From: a virus
Lineage: Duplodnaviria; Heunggongvirae; Uroviricota; Caudoviricetes
Length of the DNA stretch: 56,865 bases
Direction: 5' to 3' (one strand)
IMG/VR virus record: IMGVR_UViG_2938655777_000006
Location: 144,983 to 201,847 of that record
Below the pieces are notes generated by a model. The model did not search any database and was not told the origin of the DNA. It worked only from the letters and a program-made list of their open reading frames with translations. Below are positions 38,923-46,755 of the stretch, one piece after another (position 1 is the stretch's first letter; each line of letters starts with the position of its first letter). The translations under genes and the position numbers were made by a program.

Positions 38923-40068
38923 ATGAGTATTTCATTAAGAATAGAACGCAAATCCGGTGGTGAGCCAATTGAGTTTGTAAAAGGTGAAATCACTGGCTTT
39001 ACTTATAAGAATAATAGTTCCATAAACCTTTCAGCTAAGTCTACAAACTTGGCTCATTCGCTACATATTCGAAGCAAAATTCCGCTTCATTCGCTTCCTT
39101 CAGTTATAGACAATGCGGATAATTCCAACATGCTGTATACATGGGCAAATACAGAATATAAACCTGATAGTGAGGATTACTATCGCAAATGTAATATCCA
39201 AATCGTTAGAAATGAAAACACAATCCGAGATATTACGTTTACACACGCTTATGTAGTTAAGTATCAAGAACAGATTGATACCAGTAAAGAGATTCTTGAG
39301 TTTGAACTTGTTTTAAAACAAAAAGAGGATCAATTGGGAAAAATTCAGTACAGTCCTCAGGTAGAACCTAAGGAAACAAGAGAACAGGATCAGTCTGATG
39401 TCTCGCAAAAAATACTGCAAGGCGCATATAGTAAGAATATGCTAGTGTATGCAGGAAATAATACTTTTCCGTTTGACAATCCGATGGTAGAACTAGAAAA
39501 GACTTGGGTGCGAGGCGTAGAGAAGGTAAAGAATTCGACAGATACTGTATTACATTATCCTGATCGTAAAGCATTTACATTAGTAGCTGTTCCTATAGCT
39601 CGAAAGAAGTACGGAGACATCACAGCCAATTTACTTAAACATTCACTTGATTACAAACCAGGACATTTACACTTTAACGAGTGGTCGTATGAGGCGCAGC
39701 AAATTAAAAAATCCAAAGAACATAATATGTATGTAATTGATAAAGCAGTACAAAAAGCTAACGACAAAAAAGTTAAAAGTTTTTCAAGTGATGGGTCTAT
39801 TGCAATTGAAAGTGGCAGAGATTTGTATAACGCTTTTCACAAAATGAAGTACAAAATAGATGGAACATATGTAAAAGGACAATGGGAAATTACTACAATA
39901 TATTATGATAAATATAATTTTGAATATAATTTTAAACAAATGTTTACTGGGGACAACAAACTCGGTTGGGCTGCGGCCAATCTAACAAATTTAATGGAAT
40001 CATGGGGAACACTCAATGAGTATACATCTTATGTTACAGTAACTGATACAAAAAAGGCTTGGAAGTGA
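38923..40068 (+). CDS. Putative polymorphic toxin: Hcp/TssD-like N-terminus plus unknown C-terminal domain
   Basis: N-terminal YYRKCNIQIV..IRDITFTHAYVVKYQE..FELVLKQKED pattern; C-terminal DLYNAFH...YYDKYNF. Confidence 0.55.
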   Translation: MSISLRIERKSGGEPIEFVKGEITGFTYKNNSSINLSAKSTNLAHSLHIRSKIPLHSLPSVIDNADNSNMLYTWANTEYKPDSEDYYRKCNIQIVRNENTIRDITFTHAYVVKYQEQIDTSKEILEFELVLKQKEDQLGKIQYSPQVEPKETREQDQSDVSQKILQGAYSKNMLVYAGNNTFPFDNPMVELEKTWVRGVEKVKNSTDTVLHYPDRKAFTLVAVPIARKKYGDITANLLKHSLDYKPGHLHFNEWSYEAQQIKKSKEHNMYVIDKAVQKANDKKVKSFSSDGSIAIESGRDLYNAFHKMKYKIDGTYVKGQWEITTIYYDKYNFEYNFKQMFTGDNKLGWAAANLTNLMESWGTLNEYTSYVTVTDTKKAWK

Positions 40069-40082
40069 GGTGTGAATTGCAG

Positions 40083-40472
40083 ATGAAACGCAGATACAAG
40101 ATTTACATCTTGATCTCTCTACTAGTTATAACTACTACTATAATTTTTCTAGCGAATTCTGGAGACGATACGATAAGGAAGTACCCATATGGCAAAGATA
40201 CGTTAGAGTTTTTTGGAGATGGGACTTTTCAGATTTACAGGGGAGGAGGATCGGGTGATCCTCCAATACTATACACTCATCAAATTGAAGCTCCTAATTC
40301 AGTGATTGATAACGTTCTGTCTTATAAAATAGAAAAAAATATCGTATATGTGGTTGGTGAAAATAGCTTCATTAAATTGGACTCAAGTACCAACACATAT
40401 GAGAAAAAGAAAAGGATTTCCGACTTTACTTCCAAAGATAGAGAGATATTTAATGAATTAATGGAAAAATAG
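40083..40472 (+). CDS. Putative membrane-anchored immunity protein
   Basis: Single N-terminal TM; directly downstream of the toxin-like gene. Confidence 0.55.
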   Translation: MKRRYKIYILISLLVITTTIIFLANSGDDTIRKYPYGKDTLEFFGDGTFQIYRGGGSGDPPILYTHQIEAPNSVIDNVLSYKIEKNIVYVVGENSFIKLDSSTNTYEKKKRISDFTSKDREIFNELMEK

Positions 40473-40585
40473 AATCTATCATAAACAAATGTGGTAGCAA
40501 GGGAGATTTAACTTGTTCACAAAGGTTAACTTAACATGCGCTTTAGTTGAGCTATTGTTATGTAAGTATTCTAAATTTATAAAGA

Positions 40586-40846
40586 ATGGTTACCACCAGT
40601 GGTGATATTATGATTATTAAAATTGAAGGTTACTTTTTTCAGAATTTGATTACTGGTCCCCTATGCACACAAGAAGAACTATATCAAAAGTATATACAAG
40701 CAAAAATGCTGAGTCTTAATATTAGAGATTTACCTGATATATTTTGTCGACTTCATAATTTTGATCGATTACGTTTTGAAGATGACACAGAGGTTGGTTT
40801 CGTGATTGATACAGATACGGACAGGATATACAGACCGATATATTGA
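40586..40846 (+). CDS. Small hypothetical protein (possible orphan immunity)
   Basis: ORF track; context. Confidence 0.5.
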   Translation: MVTTSGDIMIIKIEGYFFQNLITGPLCTQEELYQKYIQAKMLSLNIRDLPDIFCRLHNFDRLRFEDDTEVGFVIDTDTDRIYRPIY

Positions 40847-40969
40847 TGTTTAAAGCGGTTTATCCTAAAGATATCTTCCTATCTCCTTTAATTACAAGTA
40901 ATGAAGGACTCACATAACTAGCTAACGGAACAAAAAAATAGATACATAATAAGGAGAGGTCTTATAGCG

Positions 40970-41239
40970 GTGGGAAAATATACTTGTCCTTGCTGTGGTT
41001 ACAAAACCTTAGACGATGAACCGCCTGGAACCTATGATATTTGTGAAATTTGTTTTTGGGAAGATGATGGTATTCAGTTTGCAGATCCTGATTATGATGG
41101 AGGGGCAAATATAGTATCTTTAAGACAGGGCCAGCAAAATTATAAAGTGTTTGGTGCTTGCGAAGAAAAATGCATAGAGTTTGTGAGAAAAGCCTTAGAT
41201 AAAGATATACGCGACCCGAACTGGGAACCCTATAACTAA
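40970..41239 (+). CDS. CPCC-family cysteine-rich protein
   Basis: YTCPCCGYKTL...YDICEICFWEDD..NIVSLRQGQQNY. Confidence 0.9.
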   Translation: MGKYTCPCCGYKTLDDEPPGTYDICEICFWEDDGIQFADPDYDGGANIVSLRQGQQNYKVFGACEEKCIEFVRKALDKDIRDPNWEPYN

Positions 41240-41381
41240 CTGGAACGCTAGTTCAAAATTGAATTCTATTAATTAAACAAGCTCGGGACCTACCTGGGGC
41301 TTGGTTGTGGTATAATCTGGATTGTGCGACAAAACGGCTATAAAGGGCGGTCGGCTAATCTCCCGGAAGGGAAGTGACGCC

Positions 41382-41465
41382 ATGGAAGTTAAAGATACGC
41401 TGATGTTGATGATTCAATTCGCAACGTTGGTGATTCTGATACTTTCTTTCCATAAACGGAAATAG
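41382..41465 (+). CDS. Holin-like type I toxin (27 aa)
   Basis: MEVKDTLMLMIQFATLVILILSFHKRK; flanking AGGGCGGTC/GACCGCCCT inverted repeat. Confidence 0.8.
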   Translation: MEVKDTLMLMIQFATLVILILSFHKRK

Positions 41466-41680
41466 ACCGCCCTGGCGAGGATACGGTCTATTTCTGGATC
41501 AAACCTCAATTGCTGACCGCTCTTATAGCGGTAAGTCGTACAGGGGAGCGGTGGTAGCCGTTCCCTTTTTCTATTCTTATGTTATCATATTCATTTTATA
41601 CAGGCAATGGAATTACCTCTGTTGACAATAGTCATAATGGTTATAGAAATATTAAAACCCCGGATTGCTCCGGGGTTGTT

Positions 41681-42571
41681 TTATTCGAGACCAAATTGTG
41701 CTTTTGCTTGTAGTTTATTGCCTTGGAATGTGAAAACGGCATTTGCACCAGGTCCGACTTCACCTTTATACGAATACATTACAGTATAAAATTCGTCTCC
41801 TTTTTCACCAACCTCTGAAACAGCCTCACCGGAACCACCGATAATTTTCGCAACTTCCTCATAAGTCATTCCATTTTTAATCTTGTTATATTTAGTTTTG
41901 GTAATGGTTCCGAGGTTTGGCGATTCTGCTACTGTCCGACCCTCTATTTTTCCGTTATAAAGTTTCCAATTGGCTTCTCCCTTAACACCACGGGAACCAA
42001 GTTCACCCTTAAAGGTAACTATATCCCCCGGATTAAGACCATTCAATTCTGAGCGATCTGAAACTTTTATAACAATAACATCCCCGAGTTTTTTCTTTTC
42101 AGCGCTAATATCTGACCATGATTCACCGTTGTAATCTGCTGGTTTACCATAGACGTAAAGGCTACTTGATCCAGCTTCAATAACAACACCTGACCATGAA
42201 ACAACTTGATTTCTTACACTGTCGAATGTTTCTCCTTGCTTGGATACTGGCAATGCAAAGAGAGCAGATGAAAACTTATCAAAAGGAAGCGATGTGTCAA
42301 TCAATGGTTTTTTAGCGTCAGTCTGTTCCTTTTGTACTGATTCAGTAGTAACTTCTTTCTCTTTAACAGGCGTAGTAGCTACAGATTTTGAATTAGTTTC
42401 GGTTGGTTTCTGAGTGTCAGCGACTGATATTCCAATAATAAATACTAAGAGAGCAGCTAAACCAAAGAGAAACATTTTCTTAGCCTTGTCGTTCTTTCTT
42501 ATTAAAGCTATAGCCCACAAAACAAAAAACACAAAAAAAGCCAGCAAAGCAATCACAGCAATTGCAGTCAT
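41681..42571 (-). CDS. Membrane-anchored moron protein with OB-like and DUF3862-like domains
   Basis: Two N-terminal TMs; C-terminal ITKTKYNKIKNGMTYEEVAKIIG...KAQFGL. Confidence 0.75.
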   Translation of the reverse strand: MTAIAVIALLAFFVFFVLWAIALIRKNDKAKKMFLFGLAALLVFIIGISVADTQKPTETNSKSVATTPVKEKEVTTESVQKEQTDAKKPLIDTSLPFDKFSSALFALPVSKQGETFDSVRNQVVSWSGVVIEAGSSSLYVYGKPADYNGESWSDISAEKKKLGDVIVIKVSDRSELNGLNPGDIVTFKGELGSRGVKGEANWKLYNGKIEGRTVAESPNLGTITKTKYNKIKNGMTYEEVAKIIGGSGEAVSEVGEKGDEFYTVMYSYKGEVGPGANAVFTFQGNKLQAKAQFGLE

Positions 42572-42673
42572 TACATAACCCCTATCTATTGGTAATATTA
42601 TAGTGAAATTAGTATATATGACCTAGGAATAATTTTCTAGCACAAAAGTCTTAGAAGTAGAAAACAAAAGCCC

Positions 42674-42702
42674 TTGTAAGGAACAAACGTTCGGGATATA
42701 AT
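42674..42702 (+). promoter_or_regulatory. sigma-A promoter containing a LexA (SOS) box
   Basis: TTGTAA-17-TATAAT with GAACAAACGTTC at 42681-42692. Confidence 0.85.
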
Positions 42703-42732
42703 TTGAACATATTACATCAGGAGGCTACATAC

Positions 42733-43065
42733 ATGGGAAAGAAACTTGAGGGTAATGGTTTATGGGAGAGTTCGCGGATTATCTTGCCAGAGCATAAAGA
42801 AGGATACTTACGTTTAATGAAAGACCGTCAGCGGCGCGGTAAACCCGAGCTGGACGATCAAGAGGTACAGTTGATTGAGCAGGCTTTAATAGAGTCTTAC
42901 AATACACGTACGACCGTGACAGTGACAGTATTTAGCCCGTTCGATGATACGGAAATGACTGGTGTAGTTACATCAATTAACACTGCGCGTAGGGAAGTAA
43001 AGCTGTTCCGAGGGGAAGATGATTATAGCTGGATTAAGCTGGAGGATATTATATCGGCAGGCTGA
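42733..43065 (+). CDS. yolD: YolD-like protein
   Basis: GNGLWESSRIILPEHKE...KPELDDQE. Confidence 0.9.
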   Translation: MGKKLEGNGLWESSRIILPEHKEGYLRLMKDRQRRGKPELDDQEVQLIEQALIESYNTRTTVTVTVFSPFDDTEMTGVVTSINTARREVKLFRGEDDYSWIKLEDIISAG

Positions 43066-43118
43066 AAATAATTACCTCACATAATACATAAATACTTCCA
43101 TTTAACATGGTAATTGGA

Positions 43119-43147
43119 TTGCCTCTAACAAGTAACAAATATAGAAT
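43119..43147 (+). promoter_or_regulatory. Putative sigma-A promoter of the agr-like operon
   Basis: TTGCCT-17-TAGAAT. Confidence 0.55.
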
Positions 43148-43189
43148 TAAAGCATATTTGTTACCAATTATGTGAAGGGGTTATGTGTT

Positions 43190-43822
43190 ATGTGGGAGCC
43201 TATTAGGTTCTTGCTTTTCTCAATTGTAGAAACATTTGCAGCGTTCGTTTTAATGTTAACTATTTTCAGAGTTAGGGCTTTAGACTATGTATGGCCTGCA
43301 TTGTTTATTGGATTGATAATGAATTTGCAAAGTTTCATTTTAAGGGAAGAAACTTCTTTAGCTTTCTTTGCTCCAACCATAAACATTATATTGTTCACGT
43401 TATTGATAACCACTGTTGTTAGGATGCCGATTATTTGGGCAGCCATCATATCCATTACAGGCATATTTTTGTATACATTATTCCAAGCAGCGATTATATT
43501 AATGCTTTTTGGTACCTTAACAACAGAAATGCAGACCTCTGCAGAAGGATCGTTAGCGCAAGCGGTTACCAGTGCGTGGGTGTTAGCTATTTCGTGGTTT
43601 CTGTATAAATTTAAAATAGGCTTTACAGCAGATTATGAGAATCTACGTTTTAAGTGGGAGTATGTACTCGTTATTATTTTAATAATAGGAGTATTGGCAG
43701 CTTGTGCATTTATGTTTTACGTCAATAATTTCTTTTTAAGTATTCTATTTATAGCCTTAGCATCTGCCATGTTTTTGTATTATGCATTAAAAACGGAGCG
43801 TGATTACTATAAAAAGTCTTGA
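43190..43822 (+). CDS. Polytopic membrane protein resembling an AgrC sensor domain with no kinase domain
   Basis: 6-7 hydrophobic segments; ends a few residues after the last TM; overlaps agrB. Confidence 0.7.
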   Translation: MWEPIRFLLFSIVETFAAFVLMLTIFRVRALDYVWPALFIGLIMNLQSFILREETSLAFFAPTINIILFTLLITTVVRMPIIWAAIISITGIFLYTLFQAAIILMLFGTLTTEMQTSAEGSLAQAVTSAWVLAISWFLYKFKIGFTADYENLRFKWEYVLVIILIIGVLAACAFMFYVNNFFLSILFIALASAMFLYYALKTERDYYKKS

Positions 43823-44354
43823 CACTATCGCTCTTAATATTGCAACTCACATCAAAACAGTTGTCCCTGATCATCCTTCATCTATAGATGTTCTAAAACA
43901 CGGGATATCCGTTGCGATCAATACAGTTTCAATTATTTTACTGACTATCGGTATCTCGTTTTTTACGGACAGGATGCAGGAAACTTTGTTAGCGATGATA
44001 TCTTTTTCAGTGTTGCGTCAAATTGTAGGAGGGATACATTTAAAGAGCAATATAATGTGTATTGTTGTATCTACAGTTCTACTTACTGCTTTATCTTTCG
44101 CAAGTTTTAATTACAATTGGATCGTTATTACGTCGATAATAAGTATTGTACTTATCTTGGTTTACGCGCCATCGCGGATAAAGGGGAAGACACGTATATC
44201 AAAACAGTACTATCCGTTGCTAAAGTTTACGGGAGTTGCAATTGTTGCTCTAAATCTGTGGTTGGGTTTTTCGGTAGTAGCTGCTAGTTTTTTTGTTCAG
44301 AGTTTAACACTAATAGAAGGAGGTGTGAAAAATGAAGAAAACCAAACCAAGTAA
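43800..44354 (+). CDS. agrB: AgrB-type peptide-processing membrane endopeptidase (start uncertain)
   Basis: LRQIVGGIHLKSNIMC catalytic His/Cys motif; YAPS. Confidence 0.9.
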   Translation: MITIKSLDTIALNIATHIKTVVPDHPSSIDVLKHGISVAINTVSIILLTIGISFFTDRMQETLLAMISFSVLRQIVGGIHLKSNIMCIVVSTVLLTALSFASFNYNWIVITSIISIVLILVYAPSRIKGKTRISKQYYPLLKFTGVAIVALNLWLGFSVVAASFFVQSLTLIEGGVKNEENQTK

Positions 44355-44478
44355 AGTGAAGGCAAGTATGTATTACAATGTTGCTGCAATGTTGACAACA
44401 CTTGCGGTTGCATCAGTGAGTACGGCAAGTCTGTCATGGATTCACAGTCCCGAACCACCAAAAGAATTGTTAAAGTAA
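44332..44478 (+). CDS. agrD: AgrD-type cyclic lactone autoinducer precursor (48 aa)
   Basis: MKKTKPSKVKASMYYNVAAMLTTLAVASVSTASLSWIHSPEPPKELLK; RBS AGGAGG; below ORF-track cutoff. Confidence 0.88.
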   Translation: MKKTKPSKVKASMYYNVAAMLTTLAVASVSTASLSWIHSPEPPKELLK

Positions 44479-44492
44479 GCGGGGAATGTTAA

Positions 44493-44888
44493 ATGCTAAG
44501 TTTAACCGTATCAGCAGATCCCGGAGGAATAGAAAAAGGCGAAAATGTTCAAGTGGACAAAGTTCTTTTCATTTCTAAGGGGAGAAAGCGAGATCAGATA
44601 CTGGTTCACACATTTGATAAAACATACTATATGGTAGGTACCTTGAGACATTGGGAAAACTTTTTGAATTGTAACGGATTTCGCTTTTTGAATGTGGACA
44701 GAAGTAATACTCTTAATGTAGAAAAAGTGAAAATCGTTAATGGTATTTTCAAAGATGCTTACTTTGAAGATGAAATAACAAAAACATCAAAAAGGTGTCC
44801 AATCGCTTACCACCGATTTGACGAGGTTGTTGAAGAAATGGGCTTCATAAATTCAAAAATAATCTTCACAGGAGTTGCTACGAAATAG
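44493..44888 (+). CDS. Stand-alone LytTR DNA-binding protein (no receiver domain)
   Basis: GTLRHWENFL..GFRFLNVDRSNTLNVEKV. Confidence 0.75.
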   Translation: MLSLTVSADPGGIEKGENVQVDKVLFISKGRKRDQILVHTFDKTYYMVGTLRHWENFLNCNGFRFLNVDRSNTLNVEKVKIVNGIFKDAYFEDEITKTSKRCPIAYHRFDEVVEEMGFINSKIIFTGVATK

Positions 44889-44900
44889 CGACTCTTTTTT

Positions 44901-44990
44901 TGTCGAAAATAAGTGTCTTATAATGTCGAATGTTAAGAGACATTCAGCGCCCGAATTTTTATTGCCAAATCCCTAATATTGGGATTTAAT
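44901..44990 (+). promoter_or_regulatory. Two TGTCGAA boxes plus putative promoter with palindromic operator
   Basis: TGTCGAA at 44901 and 44924; TTGCCA-17-TTTAAT enclosing AAATCCC-N7-GGGATTT. Confidence 0.5.
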
Positions 44991-45129
44991 AGTAGTATAG
45001 GCATGTCAAAAATAGATATGTTCGATTATAGGCATAATTGCTAATGAAAAGAAAAAAGGAAAGGGGAGTAGAGTTATTTATAAAAAGTATGGTTTATCCA
45101 TACTTTTATCCAAGGGAGAGCCAACAGGC

Positions 45130-45342
45130 TCACTCAAAGATCAGTTCGTATAAGTCTTCTATTCTACAATCGAGAGCATAGGCTACGTTAATCATAACAT
45201 CAGCCGACATTTTATCCTGATTGTTGGCCCAATTGGATATCAAATGTCTGCTGTAGCCTGTGCGCCTAGCAAGATCGATTTGTTTTATACGACGGTCTTC
45301 GAGTAACTCCTTAAGTCGGCATCTCCCACGGGAGATTTTCAA
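45130..45342 (-). CDS. XRE/Cro-family HTH regulator
   Basis: RLKELLEDRRIKQIDLARRTGYSRHLISNWANN...ALDCRIEDLY; RBS GGAGG. Confidence 0.9.
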   Translation of the reverse strand: MKISRGRCRLKELLEDRRIKQIDLARRTGYSRHLISNWANNQDKMSADVMINVAYALDCRIEDLYELIFE

Positions 45343-45613
45343 TCAGAGATCCTCCAGTAGATGTCTATTCGTGCAAATTATATCACTGAGAGGCACTCCA
45401 GTAAATACGACAAAGGACGTGCATCAATGCAAATACACAGATTAAAGATTAAATGGGACATAAAAAAAGAGAATGCTGAAATTTATACCTTATCCATGCT
45501 TCAAGTATTTGGGATTACCCTGCCGGTCGTTGTAATAGTGGAAGCCCCTTCGTGGATTCATGAATTCACTTTCGTAAAGTAGTATGCAAAACGGGGCAGA
45601 ATGGTTCACACCC

Positions 45614-45672
45614 ATTTGCCCCTTACATTGCTCTTAAAGTCGTCCCCCTAAACATCCCCCAAATGTCCCCCA
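45614..45672. repeat. Tandem C-rich integrase arm-type sites
   Basis: About five degenerate TGCCCC/TCCCC units at 11-13 bp period; similar units at 45911-45932. Confidence 0.55.
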
Positions 45673-45805
45673 ACTCATGAAAAGTTATGATAGATTGTGA
45701 ACAACGTTTCTGATGAAATATTCTATAAATCGTTATCCTAATATAGGGGAAGATGAAACGATAAATTCGTACATAAACAGAACACAGGTTCACCAGTGGG
45801 AACGC

Positions 45806-45874
45806 GATCAATATCTGACTCTTTACTAAAATGGGAAATCCCTTGGCGCTCTAAGCGTTGAGGGATTTTTTTGT
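45806..45874 (+). repeat. Second copy of the 69-bp glnA att repeat
   Basis: Exact match to 9003-9071; degenerate homology extends left to ~45777. Confidence 0.95.
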
Positions 45875-45945
45875 TTGTGGTAGGTAAAAAAAATATTAAG
45901 TTGATTTATAATTGCCCCCTAATTGCCCTCCCAAAATTTTTATTA

Positions 45946-46110
45946 TCAGGATAAATTTTCAGTAACAGACTCATAGTTCTCCATGCTATTCATCTCTATT
46001 TTTTTGGAGATGTGTGCATAAACGTCGGCTGTTATTTGGATGCTACCATGTCCAAGCCACTCCTGTACATACTTCATTGTAGCCCTAGCTTCAAGTAGCA
46101 ATACCGCATG
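45946..46110 (-). pseudogene. Tyrosine integrase C-terminal fragment
   Basis: HAVLLLEARATMKYVQEWLGHGSIQITADVYAHISKK (LGH...Y catalytic region), pointing toward the att repeat. Confidence 0.9.
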
Positions 46111-46130
46111 ATTTTATATATGCGTTTGCC

Positions 46131-46290
46131 CGAACAGAAAGCATAACGCCAATCGCTTTCAAGGGAAAAAATTTCAAACTAACGTTGAATGCAAAATATG
46201 TGTTGGATGTCTTGAAAGTCTTAGAAAACGAAGTGACTACACTCGGGTATACTGGCTCTTCTAAACCATTCACTCTCGAGAGTGACAGGA
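46131..46290 (+). pseudogene. Beta sliding clamp (DnaN) C-terminal fragment
   Basis: FKGKNFKLTLNAKYVLDVLKVLENEVTTLGYTGSSKPFTL. Confidence 0.7.
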
Positions 46291-46414
46291 AGCTATGGAT
46301 AAGAGACAGATTTCTGTTTTTGAAATATGCTAAATGATATTTTAGGAGCTTCAGCTAAACAGAAAGTGCCTTTTGGATAAGGGTATTTTGAGGATTGAAA
46401 ACAGATAGTATAAC

Positions 46415-46636
46415 TTACAGGAATATAACTAAAAGTCCACATGTTAAAAAGAAGAACCCAAAGAGTATCGAAACAGAACCTCTAAATTTCATGTCATCAA
46501 TGTAAGCATCACTTGGTTCAGAGTCACCTTTGATCTTCCAGGCTTCGTTTGCACGCCATCCCCAAGTGGGATTTCGTTTACTTAAAATACCAAGCGAGAA
46601 AAAAATAATCGCAATAAAAATAAACATAAATCCCAT
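46415..46636 (-). CDS. Small membrane protein (DUF6199-like)
   Basis: NPTWGWRANEAWKIKGDSEPSDAY. Confidence 0.65.
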   Translation of the reverse strand: MGFMFIFIAIIFFSLGILSKRNPTWGWRANEAWKIKGDSEPSDAYIDDMKFRGSVSILFGFFFLTCGLLVIFL

Positions 46637-46755
46637 TTGATCAGCCCCTTTAAGTAAACTATACCAAAAAAGAACGACAGATGGAAAGTATCGTCCCCTC
46701 AAGGACCGATAGAAGAAAAATAAGAGGGCTTTGCCCTCCATGTGATGGTGCAATT

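Larger units (their letters stand above)
9003..45874. mobile_element. Defective siphovirus-type prophage at the glnA 3' end (left arm absent)
   Basis: Flanking 69-bp repeats; head-tail-lysis-cargo order; no integrase, repressor, terminase or portal between the repeats. Confidence 0.9.

Noticed and set aside
43190-43822. Calling this gene agrC
   Set aside because: It has no histidine-kinase or ATPase domain, and homology to AgrC sensor domains is only inferred from topology and context.
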